Assembly: GCA_022450595.1 (NCBI GenBank)
Contig: JAKUPT010000004.1
Span: 5,019-69,018 of the forward strand
Source of the DNA: Bdellovibrionales bacterium
GTDB lineage: Bacteria > Bdellovibrionota > Bdellovibrionia > Bdellovibrionales > UBA1609
Length of the DNA: 64,000 nt
Direction of reading: 5' to 3'
The notes under the pieces are model-generated. The model was given only the letters and a program-made list of their open reading frames with translations. It made no database searches and was not told the DNA's origin. Of this stretch, positions 47,283 to 60,297 are shown piece by piece. Position numbers and translations under genes: made by a program. Position 1 is the first letter of the stretch. Every line of letters starts with the position of its first letter.

Positions 47283-49158
47283 TGTGCATCTCCTTAAATT
47301 TGCGTTTTTTTCCTTTAAGGTGAATAAGCAAAGCTTGAATTGCTGATGGATTAACACCGCTGATTCTCTTGGCTTGACCAAGCGTGATGGGTTTTATCTG
47401 TTTTAGCTTTTCTATCTCTTCAAGCGATAGCCCCTTAACCTCTTCATAGTTTATATCGGTAGGGATATCTAATTTCTCAAGCCTTTGGGCCTGTAAAATA
47501 ATTTCACACTGTCTTTTAATATAACCTTCATATTTGATCTCTATTTCGACCTGGTTTTTAACAATTTCTTCATGTTCTTCGATTGAAATGAAACGCTCCA
47601 TTTTAGAACAGCTCATTTCGACACGTCGCAGTAGTATGCTGAGATCAGTAGGTTTAGTTAAAACTGGAGTTCCTAGAGATTTTAACAAAGAATTTGTTTC
47701 CGCATTAGGGTAGAGAGTCTTAGACTTAAGTTTAGTCAGCAATTTTTCTCGATCATCTCTTAAAGCCAATATTCGATCATATTTTTGCTGAGGCAAGCTT
47801 CCCACTGAAAAAGCCAGATCAGACAAGCGATCGTAAGTGTTGTCCTCTCTTAAGGCCAAGCGGAATTCAGCACGAGAAGTCATCATTCTATAAGGTTCTT
47901 TTGTGCCTTTAGTGACTAAATCATCTATTAAAACCCCTATATAGGACTGGTCACGGCCTAAAATCATAGATGGTTTTTCAATGATTTTTAAGCCAGCATT
48001 AATTCCGGCCACTAATCCTTGTCCTGCAGCCTCCTCATAGCCACTGGTGCCGTTAATTTGACCGGCCAGATAAAGACCTGAAATCATTCTGGTTTCAAGG
48101 GTATGGTGTATTTGTGTCGGCTCTATAAAGTCATATTCGACAGCATATCCTGGTTTCAGCATTTTTACGTTTTCAAGCCCAGGAATAGTTTTTAAAAAGT
48201 CATATTGAACCTCTTCTGGAAGGCTCGTTGAGATGCCCTGAAGATAGATTGAGTCCGTTGATAGGCCTTCTGGCTCAAGGAATGTTTGGTGACGATTTTT
48301 TTCATGAAAACGGGTGATTTTATCTTCAATGCTTGGGCAATAGCGAGGGCCAATGCCTTCTATAACTCCTGTAAACATAGGTGACTTATCTAAATTATTG
48401 CGAATAATCTCATGAGTTTTTTCATTTGTGTAAGCCAAATAACAAGCCACCTCAGGAAGTTGCATTTTATTTTCACTAAAAAGGCTAAAAGGCATAAATG
48501 TTTTATCACCATACTGTTCCTCCATTTTACTCCAATCAATGCTTTGCTTGAGCAAACGGGGAGGCGTGCCGGTTTTAAGTCGATTTACAGAAAAACCAAA
48601 ATCTTTCAGTTGATTTGAGAGACCAAAACTAGAGCTGTCGCCAATTCGGCCGCCTTCAATACGCTTTAAACCAAAATGCATAACGGCATTCAGAAAAGTG
48701 CCCGTAGTTAAAATTACCGCTTTCGAAGGAACTAAAGATCCATCTTTTAAATAAACACCCTTACATTGATCTTTTTCCAGATACAGACTTTCAACTTCAG
48801 CAGCTAATATTTCTAGGTTAGGGTGGTTTTCAAGTTCTGACTGAACCGTTTGACAGTAAAGATCTTTATCACATTGAGCTCTGGAACCGCGAACCGCAGG
48901 ACCTTTGCTAGAATTTAATCGTTTAAACTGAATACAATTTTTATCGGTTGCCTCTGGCATTACACCACCAAAAGCATCAATTTCTTTAACAATATGACCT
49001 TTACCCAAGCCACCAATAGAGGGGTTGCAGCTCATATAACCACTGCGATCCAGGCGCAACGTCACCAAAAGGGTTTTGAGTCCCATTCTTGCCGCAACTG
49101 TACAAGCTTCTACTCCTGCATGGCCACCGCCAACAACAATGATGTCATATTGATTCAT
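47266..49158 (-). CDS. mnmG: tRNA uridine-5-carboxymethylaminomethyl modification enzyme MnmG (GidA)
   Basis: [15 protein letters not shown] (FAD fold), [21 protein letters not shown], 630 aa. Confidence 0.95.
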   Translation of the reverse strand: MNQYDIIVVGGGHAGVEACTVAARMGLKTLLVTLRLDRSGYMSCNPSIGGLGKGHIVKEIDAFGGVMPEATDKNCIQFKRLNSSKGPAVRGSRAQCDKDLYCQTVQSELENHPNLEILAAEVESLYLEKDQCKGVYLKDGSLVPSKAVILTTGTFLNAVMHFGLKRIEGGRIGDSSSFGLSNQLKDFGFSVNRLKTGTPPRLLKQSIDWSKMEEQYGDKTFMPFSLFSENKMQLPEVACYLAYTNEKTHEIIRNNLDKSPMFTGVIEGIGPRYCPSIEDKITRFHEKNRHQTFLEPEGLSTDSIYLQGISTSLPEEVQYDFLKTIPGLENVKMLKPGYAVEYDFIEPTQIHHTLETRMISGLYLAGQINGTSGYEEAAGQGLVAGINAGLKIIEKPSMILGRDQSYIGVLIDDLVTKGTKEPYRMMTSRAEFRLALREDNTYDRLSDLAFSVGSLPQQKYDRILALRDDREKLLTKLKSKTLYPNAETNSLLKSLGTPVLTKPTDLSILLRRVEMSCSKMERFISIEEHEEIVKNQVEIEIKYEGYIKRQCEIILQAQRLEKLDIPTDINYEEVKGLSLEEIEKLKQIKPITLGQAKRISGVNPSAIQALLIHLKGKKRKFKEMHSVTKS

Positions 49159-49233
49159 AAGGTCTCCTTATCTGTATAGGACAAATAATGCTGCAGGGCA
49201 AAAAGGTCAAGTTGAAAACAAAAAGTGAAGTTA

Positions 49234-50622
49234 CTACTTACCGAGGCAAAACTCTTTAAAAACACGGTCCATGATTTCGTCATCGAACTGTTTTCCTAGA
49301 ATCTCTTGGATCTTATATACAGAAGATTGAAGCTCAAAAATGGTAAATTCGGGGCTGTCAGCAGCAGAAAGGCTCTGTTTTGCGCGATCAATGTCTTCAA
49401 GGCTCGCTTTTAAAAGCTCAAAGTGTCGAAGTTGAGTGACGAGGGCAGAAGATTCAGATGATCTTGGTGAGGTCTTTTGAAAGATAAGCTCTAAAAGTTC
49501 ATCCACCCCTTGGTTAAGCTTTGCGCTTATATATAAAACACGGTCTTTCTCTGGCAAAAAAGATTTTAAGCTTTTAAGATGTGTGTTTGTAATTAAGTCT
49601 TTTTTGTTTACAACATATAACGTGTTCATTGAGCTTTGAATGTTAAAACGTTTTAAATTTTCAACTTGATTTTCAATCGACTGATTTGGATCCAAAAGAA
49701 CAACAATAAAATCGGACTGGTTCACAACATTTATGGTTCTTTGAATGCCAAGACTTTCAATGGTATCTGAGGTTTCACGAAGGCCTGCTGTGTCTGTCAG
49801 TATATACTTTTGGTTTTTATAATAATAAGTCTCTTCTATAAAATCACGAGTTGTACCCTCTATATCTGTAACAATAGAACGCTCTTGTTTTAAGATTGCA
49901 TTTAAAAGACTCGACTTACCAGCATTAGGTAGACCAATTAAACTGATTCGAACGCCTTCTTTGACTCTACGACCATCGTCAAAGGACTCTACAAGTTTTA
50001 TAATTTCACTTTCAGCAGAAATTAATTTATTTAACAACAAAGATTCTTCAGCAACTTGAATGTCTTCTTGAGCATAGTCTATGTTTGCTTCTAAGTGAGC
50101 TAATATCCAAACAAGTTGATCTTCAATGTTTTTATAGGTTTTAGAAAGCTCACCCTCTAAATGGCTTAAAGACAACTGCGAGGCTTTTTTCGTTTCACTT
50201 TGAATTAAAGATAAAATACTTTCGGCTTGAACTAAATCAATACGGCCATTCATAAAAGCCCGAAAACTAAATTCACCCTTTTCAGCAATACGAACACCAG
50301 TTTCTACAACTCTAGAAAGCACTGCCTGCGTAAGATATTCGCCACCGTGACACGAAATTTCTACGACAGGTTCTCCCGTAAAAGATCGACCTGAAGCAAA
50401 ATAAGTGCAAAGCACTTCATCTATTTTTTCATTATTTTTATCTACAAGAAAGCCATAATAAACGCGGTGGGACTCAGGGTTTGATGGAAGAAAGGGACAA
50501 CATTTTTTAGCACTCTGAATAGCATCATCCCCGCTAATTCGTATTACAGCAATTCCTCCGTGGCCGGGAGGAGTTGCTGTTGCACAGATAGTGTCACTTT
50601 CATTGTCTAAATAAACCGACAT
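49234..50622 (-). CDS. mnmE: tRNA modification GTPase MnmE (TrmE)
   Basis: TICATATPPGHGGIAVIRISG, GLPNAGKSSLLNA (G1), DTAGLRE (G3), C-terminal FCLGK. Confidence 0.95.
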   Translation of the reverse strand: MSVYLDNESDTICATATPPGHGGIAVIRISGDDAIQSAKKCCPFLPSNPESHRVYYGFLVDKNNEKIDEVLCTYFASGRSFTGEPVVEISCHGGEYLTQAVLSRVVETGVRIAEKGEFSFRAFMNGRIDLVQAESILSLIQSETKKASQLSLSHLEGELSKTYKNIEDQLVWILAHLEANIDYAQEDIQVAEESLLLNKLISAESEIIKLVESFDDGRRVKEGVRISLIGLPNAGKSSLLNAILKQERSIVTDIEGTTRDFIEETYYYKNQKYILTDTAGLRETSDTIESLGIQRTINVVNQSDFIVVLLDPNQSIENQVENLKRFNIQSSMNTLYVVNKKDLITNTHLKSLKSFLPEKDRVLYISAKLNQGVDELLELIFQKTSPRSSESSALVTQLRHFELLKASLEDIDRAKQSLSAADSPEFTIFELQSSVYKIQEILGKQFDDEIMDRVFKEFCLGK

Positions 50623-50624
50623 AA

Positions 50625-51167
50625 TTATTCCGCCGGTTTTGATGCCTTTTCTGACTCTTGACGATTAGGATAAATTTTTATCTTTTTATAAAGACCATCG
50701 CCAACAGAATGGCTTTTTACACGTCCGTCTTCCGCTAAATACTGATGTATTACTTTACGGTCTTTTGGTGGAAGAGCTCTAAAATAAACAGACTTTTGCT
50801 TTTTTAGTGCAATATTTTTGAGCTTATCTGCTAATTTAATAAGTGACTCATTGGCTTGCTCTCTATAGCCATCACAGTCAACAGTGATAGAAACTCTCGT
50901 TTCTGGCAATTGATGTTGAAGTACTCTTGTCATAAAAAGCTGTATAGCATCGAGCATTTGACCATCACGCTCTTTTAAGATCTCTTCGTCTTCACCAAAA
51001 AGCTCTATATCAACAGTGCCTTTGCTGTCATCTATTTTGATCTCGTAAGAAAGTAAAAAGTTTCCTTTTTCTAACAAGCCAATGATGACATCTTCCACTA
51101 AATCATCAATTATTAATTCTGACTTTTTATCGTTTTTTCCAAATATTTTTGATAACAATCCCGCCAT
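50625..51167 (-). CDS. jag: Jag/KhpB-like RNA-binding protein (KH + R3H domains)
   Basis: 180 aa. C-terminal R3H-like ..LPPKDRKVIHQYLAEDGRVKSHSVGDG. It occupies the conserved position between yidC and mnmE. Confidence 0.75.
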   Translation of the reverse strand: MAGLLSKIFGKNDKKSELIIDDLVEDVIIGLLEKGNFLLSYEIKIDDSKGTVDIELFGEDEEILKERDGQMLDAIQLFMTRVLQHQLPETRVSITVDCDGYREQANESLIKLADKLKNIALKKQKSVYFRALPPKDRKVIHQYLAEDGRVKSHSVGDGLYKKIKIYPNRQESEKASKPAE

Positions 51168-51178
51168 TCTTATATCTC

Positions 51179-52834
51179 CTAGTTAAGAACTTCTACTTTT
51201 GATTTTTTTTCTTTCTTATCATTAATAAAATACACCTGCTGAAAATAACCAAACAGAGTACTAACAAACATATATAAGTTTAAACCACTGGGAAGACGCA
51301 CAAAAAATAAGATCATCACAAGTGGCATTAACATCATCATTTTTTTCTGAGCTGGCTGCATGTTTTCATTGCTCGGATTAGACTTCATTTGAAAAAACAT
51401 GACCACACCTGAAAGCACAGGAAGAACATAGAACTGGTCAATTTCACTTAAATCATTGATCCACAAATAAAATGGAGCCTGATACAAGTCGACACTTTTA
51501 CCAAGCACCTGAAATAAAGCAAAAAAGATGGGAAGCTGTAAAAACATTGGTAAACATCCACCTAAGGGGTTTACCTTGTGGTCTTTATAAAGCTTCATAA
51601 CTTCTTGACCACGAAGCTGTGGATCATCTTTATATCGCTCTTGAATGTCTTTCATGAGCGGAGCCAGCTTCGACATTTTTTTCATATTACGATAAGAGGG
51701 AAGTATAATTGGAGTTAATAAAACACGAACCAAAAGTGTTAGCAGTATAATCGCCAAACCCCAGTTTCCTGTTAAGGAGTGGAACATTTGAAGCCCCATA
51801 TGAAGAATTTTTGCAATCCCTCCAAAAAAACCAAAGTCGACAGTTTCTGTAAGCATTGGGTCTACAGTTTCAATAATATCAACGTCTTTTGGGCCAAGAT
51901 AATTAACATATTCTAGAACCATATTGTTTTTTCTAGAAATCATTTTGTAATCTATGATACCAAGAATCGTATTCGTTTCTTTTACTACCATAGGAACAAA
52001 GTCTGGATAAATAGAAGACTGATTTAAAAAAGCAAAGGTAAAGTATTGCGAGCCAATGCTAGCGGCCTCAACGGTAGAAAAGGCTACTTTTTCTACACTG
52101 TCTGGAGGCAGCATTAGGTGGTCTTCTTGTCCAACAATAAAGGTTTCTTGATCGTTTGATTTTTTAACAAATATATCTTGTACATTGTATTGATCCGCAG
52201 AAAACATTCCACCTGAAGACAAGTCTTGTAGATCTTCAACAAGATAAGTTCTAATCCCCTTAAAGCTATCGTTTAAATTTTTAACTTCAATAATGGTTTT
52301 AATGGAATAGTTTTTAGAATTAACTTTTATGGTCTTTATAACCTCAAGGCCAGACTGTTTCGCTGTGCCCTTATAAACACCAGGGTTGGTTTCTTTGATA
52401 TCAAAATAAAGAGGGCTCTTAGAATCAATAAGAGCTGTTTCTAAGGGTAAGTACTCTTTTTTGGATCCAATTTTTTTGTTTTCTTTTTTTCTGTTAAAGT
52501 GATCGTGCAGTTGATAGTCAGTAACACCCATTCCTTTGGAATGAATTTTAAATTCTACTTTTTCATCTGAATATTGAATCTGTTGATCTAAAACCTTAAC
52601 AGGAGCTTGTTTTTTTGCCGTTTTAATTTCAGCGACACCATCGGGCTCTACCGCGGACGTTTCTTGTTGTGTTTTTTGTTCATTTTGACCCTGAACAACC
52701 TCTTGCTTTTTTGTTTCATTGAAGTGCTCTGGATATCTTTTTTGCATCCAATATGACCACCCCATAAAAATTAATGCTGAAAAGGCGATAGCTAATAGAG
52801 TTTTTGAGTCCATAAAGTTTTGGTTGTTATTCAT
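51179..52834 (-). CDS. yidC: membrane protein insertase YidC
   Basis: 551 aa with an N-terminal TM helix, a large periplasmic domain, and the C-terminal 5-TM core ...GNWGLAIILLTLLVRVLLTPI...KVNPLGGCLPMFLQLPIFFALF. Confidence 0.95.
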   Translation of the reverse strand: MNNNQNFMDSKTLLAIAFSALIFMGWSYWMQKRYPEHFNETKKQEVVQGQNEQKTQQETSAVEPDGVAEIKTAKKQAPVKVLDQQIQYSDEKVEFKIHSKGMGVTDYQLHDHFNRKKENKKIGSKKEYLPLETALIDSKSPLYFDIKETNPGVYKGTAKQSGLEVIKTIKVNSKNYSIKTIIEVKNLNDSFKGIRTYLVEDLQDLSSGGMFSADQYNVQDIFVKKSNDQETFIVGQEDHLMLPPDSVEKVAFSTVEAASIGSQYFTFAFLNQSSIYPDFVPMVVKETNTILGIIDYKMISRKNNMVLEYVNYLGPKDVDIIETVDPMLTETVDFGFFGGIAKILHMGLQMFHSLTGNWGLAIILLTLLVRVLLTPIILPSYRNMKKMSKLAPLMKDIQERYKDDPQLRGQEVMKLYKDHKVNPLGGCLPMFLQLPIFFALFQVLGKSVDLYQAPFYLWINDLSEIDQFYVLPVLSGVVMFFQMKSNPSNENMQPAQKKMMMLMPLVMILFFVRLPSGLNLYMFVSTLFGYFQQVYFINDKKEKKSKVEVLN

Positions 52835-52835
52835 T

Positions 52836-53123
52836 TTATGAGCGTCCTTTTAAAGTTTTTGATTGAGGAACAGGGTCGTAGCCAAAAGGTCCAAGAGGAT
52901 GACATTTTAATAATCGCTTTAAAGTGAGATAAAAAGCCTTGTGACAAGGAAAAGCTCTAAAGCTTTCTACAGCGTAATGAGAACAGGTTGGCGAAAAGCG
53001 ACAGCTTCTACCAATATAGGGCGACAATAATAACTGATAAATTTTAATCAACGAAATAGCCACGAAACGAAGCACATCATTTATGGTATTTATTAATCCT
53101 TTTGCAGGCTTTCTCCAGCTCAT
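52836..53123 (-). CDS. yidD: membrane protein insertion efficiency factor YidD
   Basis: IKIYQLLLSPYIGRSCRFSPTCSHYAVESF...LKRLLKCHPLGPFGYDPVP (YidD signature). The longest ORF overlaps rnpA by 47 nt. An alternative GTG start at 53075 lies immediately after the rnpA stop. Confidence 0.85.
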   Translation of the reverse strand: MSWRKPAKGLINTINDVLRFVAISLIKIYQLLLSPYIGRSCRFSPTCSHYAVESFRAFPCHKAFYLTLKRLLKCHPLGPFGYDPVPQSKTLKGRS

Positions 53124-53445
53124 TTTTCAACTCTTCAAAACTCAAGTTTTTGTAAAGCCCCGGATCTCTTTTTTTAAAAACAAAATTTACATCTACCGGG
53201 GGAAGACTTTTGCAGACTTCGCTTTTGTTGAAAACTTCTCTGCAAAGTCTTTTTACTCTGTTTCTTACTACCGCGTTTCCCACATACTTGGGAACTGTAA
53301 GGCCGTACCTATAGCTCTCCGATTTGTTGTTTTTAAAATTAACAACAATCCATGAGTTTGGATAAACTCGACGGCCCGCTTTATATAAATTCTTGTAATC
53401 TTCTGTTTTTGTTAAACGACAGGATTTTTTATTTTCCGCCAACAT
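53077..53445 (-). CDS. rnpA: ribonuclease P protein component
   Basis: 122 aa, basic, ...[23 protein letters not shown] (the RNR box). It occupies the canonical position after rpmH. Confidence 0.9.
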   Translation of the reverse strand: MLAENKKSCRLTKTEDYKNLYKAGRRVYPNSWIVVNFKNNKSESYRYGLTVPKYVGNAVVRNRVKRLCREVFNKSEVCKSLPPVDVNFVFKKRDPGLYKNLSFEELKNELEKACKRINKYHK

Positions 53446-53578
53446 TCACTGTAAGTCTCTTACGACCCTTTGCTCTGCGTCTTGAAAGCACCTGTTGACC
53501 ATCTTTTGTTGCCATACGGCTTCTAAATCCATGACTTGTTTTACGTTTTTTACGACTAGGCTGATATGTCCTTTTCAT
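53429..53578 (-). CDS. rpmH: 50S ribosomal protein L34
   Basis: Not in the ORF track (49 aa). My manual translation is [53 protein letters not shown] lies 6 nt upstream of the ATG at 53578. The 3' end overlaps the rnpA start by 17 nt. Confidence 0.9.
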   Translation of the reverse strand: MKRTYQPSRKKRKTSHGFRSRMATKDGQQVLSRRRAKGRKRLTVNVGGK

Positions 53579-53729
53579 TTTCCACTCCGCTTTATATATT
53601 ACGACAAATATTACGTCTTTTTATCCAGACTAGCTTTTGAGGGCCAAATCTGATGCGCCATAGAACCACAACATTTTATGGTCGTCAAGTTGTTGAATCT
53701 TTTAATCGACCATGATAATCCATTTCCAG

Positions 53730-53767
53730 TTATCCACATTTACACTATGTAAATGATGCAATAATAA
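53730..53767 (+). promoter_or_regulatory. DnaA box abutting a candidate dnaA promoter
   Basis: Perfect TTATCCACA (53730-53738) is followed directly by TTTACA (53739-53744) - 17 nt - TAATAA (53762-53767), about 50 nt upstream of the dnaA GTG. The promoter call rests on resemblance only. Confidence 0.4.
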
Positions 53768-53817
53768 GCAAACAAATCAATTATAGCTTAAGTTTTGAGC
53801 GAAATGGGGATGAGCTT

Positions 53818-55254
53818 GTGAGTAATGCTCAAGAGTTTTGGTCGCAGATCAAGTCTAATTTAAAAGACAAGAATTTACACAATAAACCACTACAAATGTG
53901 GTTTGAACCCACCACTTTATTGTCTGTAGAAAATACTGAAAGTGGATCTATGAACTTCAAGCTTGGTGTGCCTACTGAGCTTCATAAGTATTGGATTTCA
54001 CAGAACTTATTGGATAATATCTGTGGGGAAATCTCAGCGATTTTTGAAAGCCCCTTTAATATTGAGTTATTTGTGACAGGCGACACTCCTGACATCAGTC
54101 AGTACACCACTGAACCGCCATCAGACCTTTTTGAAGCGGCTAAAAAAACCCACAGCCATAATCCAAGTCATGCCAACGCCTTTGAAACGGCAAAGCAAGT
54201 TTATGAAACAGAGGCAAAAGTGGTTGAGGGCCTGAATCAAGACTATCAATTTTCAAGTTTTGTTGTGGGCAGAAACAATGAGTTTGCTCATGCTGCAAGT
54301 TTTAGTATTGCTGAAAACCCAGGGGTTGAAAACTACAACCCTCTTTTTATATGTGGACCCACTGGTATGGGTAAAACCCACTTATTACATGCGGTTGGAA
54401 ACCATATTGCTCACTCACATCCGAGATTAAAAATTTGTTATGTGTCTGCTGAGCGCTTTTTAAATGAATGTATTTCTTCAATCCGGCGTTCTGAAATGGA
54501 CAAGTTTCGCCTGCGCTTTCGTGAACAGTGTGATGTCTTGCTAATGGACGATATTCAGATCTTAGGACGCGGTGAAGCTGTTCAAGAAGAGTTTTTTCAT
54601 ACCCTGAATGACTTCTTTGAAAAAGGCCAACAGGTAGTTGTGGCCAGTGATCGCATGCCTAAAGACATTAAGGGTCTTGAAGACAGAATAAGAACGCGGC
54701 TTGAGTGGGGCTTAATTGCTGATATTCAAATGCCTGATATTGAAACTCGAGTGGCTATTTTAAAGTATAAAGCGGAAAAGCGTAATATTAGGCTTCCCAA
54801 TGAGGTGGTAAATTACATTGCCCGGATTTCTAAAAGATCTATTCGTGAATTAGAGGGAAATTTAAACAAAGTTAAGATGTTTTCTGAGCTTCAGGGTTTA
54901 GACATTTCTATGGACCTTACAAAAAAGGTTCTTAACAACCATGATGACACTACAAGTATCACTGTTGATGAGATTATGAAGCTGGCAGCCCAACATTATA
55001 ATGTGCGTGTGACCGACTTAAAATCCAGAAATAGAACCAAACCTCTTGTCACTGCGCGACAAGTTTCAATGTATTTAGTAAAAAAACACCTAGATAAATC
55101 CCTTGTAGATATAGGTAGAGCCTTTGGCGGCAAAGACCATACCACTGTCATGAGTGCGCTGCGTAGAATACAAGATCAACAGACAAAAAATTTAGATTTA
55201 AAGAGAGATATTGAGGAGTTAGAAGGACGAATCCACAACATCACAGGGGTGTGA
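53818..55254 (+). CDS. dnaA: chromosomal replication initiator protein DnaA
   Basis: NPLFICGPTGMGKTHLLHAVGN (Walker A), LLMDDIQ, and the domain IV sequence ...RQVSMYLVKKHLDKSLVDIGRAFGGKDHTTVMSALRRI. GTG start with GGGGA upstream. Confidence 0.97.
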   Translation: MSNAQEFWSQIKSNLKDKNLHNKPLQMWFEPTTLLSVENTESGSMNFKLGVPTELHKYWISQNLLDNICGEISAIFESPFNIELFVTGDTPDISQYTTEPPSDLFEAAKKTHSHNPSHANAFETAKQVYETEAKVVEGLNQDYQFSSFVVGRNNEFAHAASFSIAENPGVENYNPLFICGPTGMGKTHLLHAVGNHIAHSHPRLKICYVSAERFLNECISSIRRSEMDKFRLRFREQCDVLLMDDIQILGRGEAVQEEFFHTLNDFFEKGQQVVVASDRMPKDIKGLEDRIRTRLEWGLIADIQMPDIETRVAILKYKAEKRNIRLPNEVVNYIARISKRSIRELEGNLNKVKMFSELQGLDISMDLTKKVLNNHDDTTSITVDEIMKLAAQHYNVRVTDLKSRNRTKPLVTARQVSMYLVKKHLDKSLVDIGRAFGGKDHTTVMSALRRIQDQQTKNLDLKRDIEELEGRIHNITGV

Positions 55255-55480
55255 ATTAGTGATGTGGATAACCACGTGGAAAAAAATGTGTTTAAGTTGG
55301 GGACACTGAGATATCAACAATTTGCGATTTTTTATGTACACAGTCGTCCCACAAGTTTTCCACATGGATTAAAAAGTAAAATCAATGACTTAGATAGTAA
55401 ATTGAGATAATAACACCCCTACTACTATTACTATATTTAATTATATATAAATTAGTATTTTATAGGGCCTTGGAGGGCAC
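55255..55480. other. candidate chromosomal origin of replication (oriC) in the dnaA-dnaN intergenic region
   Basis: DnaA boxes: TGTGGATAA (55263-55271, perfect, reverse), CGTGGAAAA (55275-55283), TTATGTACA (55332-55340), TTTTCCACA (55356-55364). They are followed by an extremely AT-rich stretch, CTACTACTATTACTATATTTAATTATATATAAATTAGTATTTTATAG (~55420-55466), as a possible unwinding element. Confidence 0.65.
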
Positions 55481-56602
55481 ATGAAAATTGAAATAGAAAA
55501 AAAAGATCTTTTAACCTTGTTAAGCAAAACACAAAACATTGTTGAAAAAAGAAATACAATGCCTATATTGGTAAATGTTCTTTTTGAAGCTGACCAAGGA
55601 AATCTAAAAGTTTTTGCAACAGATCTTGAAGTTTCGTTAACAGATCAAATGGAATGTGAAGTTCATGAAAAGGGAAGAGTTGCAGTAAATGCTAAAAACT
55701 TTTTTGATATTATTAAAGAATTACCAGACGGGAAAATTTTGTTAGAAAAACAAGAAAATAATTGGTTACGCATTCAACAACAAAGCTCGGAGTTTAATCT
55801 TGTAGGCATAAGCCCAGATGAGTACCCAGTGTTTCCTTCATACAACACCAATGACTTTATAAAAATGCAGTCATCAGTGTTTTCAGAAATGATTGAAAAA
55901 ACAATTTACAGTGTTTCAACTGATGAAACTCGTTACCACTTAAACGGTGTTTATTTTGAAAAAATACCTCAAGAGGCTGGAACAACTTATCGAATGGTAG
56001 CCACAGATGGGCACAGACTCAGCTTAGTAGATCGTTTCAGTGAAGTTAAAGATGAAAAAGCCACACAGCCCGTTGGTGTTATTATTCCTAGAAAAGGCCT
56101 GCAAGAGATTCGTAAAATGCTTGAGGCCATTGATGGTGAATTTGAGATGGCTATCGAGGGAGCACAGCTGATCGTAAAACACAACTCCACGGTATTAATG
56201 ATTCGTTTGATTGAAGGAAAGTATCCGAATTATCAACAGCTTATTCCACAAGTGTTGCCTCAAAAATTAAAAGTCGATAGAGATATTTTATTTTCTTCGC
56301 TAAAGCGTGTGTCTTTGCTTTCTAATCAAAAATCAAAAGGCGTTACGTTTGAATTTTCCAATGGAAAAATGGAGATTTCATCTAACAACCCAGAGCTTGG
56401 TGATGCCAAAGAGGAAATCCCTGTTGAGTATAATGGAAACGAATTTAAAATTGGTTTTAATGCAAAATACATCATTGATGTTTTAAGCAGTATCTCAGAT
56501 GAATCAGTTGATATTTCTTTAAATGATCAATTATCCCCAGGTTTACTCACACCCACATCGGATAAAGCCTACACTTGTGTTGTGATGCCCATGAGAATTT
56601 AA
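55481..56602 (+). CDS. dnaN: DNA polymerase III beta sliding clamp
   Basis: 373 aa; MKIEIEKKDLLTLLSKTQNIVEKRNTMPILVNVLFEA..., ...ETRYHLNGVYFE..., C-terminal ...CVVMPMRI. GGAGGG SD. Confidence 0.95.
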   Translation: MKIEIEKKDLLTLLSKTQNIVEKRNTMPILVNVLFEADQGNLKVFATDLEVSLTDQMECEVHEKGRVAVNAKNFFDIIKELPDGKILLEKQENNWLRIQQQSSEFNLVGISPDEYPVFPSYNTNDFIKMQSSVFSEMIEKTIYSVSTDETRYHLNGVYFEKIPQEAGTTYRMVATDGHRLSLVDRFSEVKDEKATQPVGVIIPRKGLQEIRKMLEAIDGEFEMAIEGAQLIVKHNSTVLMIRLIEGKYPNYQQLIPQVLPQKLKVDRDILFSSLKRVSLLSNQKSKGVTFEFSNGKMEISSNNPELGDAKEEIPVEYNGNEFKIGFNAKYIIDVLSSISDESVDISLNDQLSPGLLTPTSDKAYTCVVMPMRI

Positions 56603-56710
56603 TGTGTATAAATTTGAGGAAATCTTTAAGTTTATTATGGCTTAAGGCTATTGGCGTTTAGTTAAAGAAATAGCGAAGTTCTAGTTTAAAACGTTTTGGA
56701 TCATCTTCTT

Positions 56711-60294
<3,584 letters not shown>

Positions 60295-60297
60295 TCA

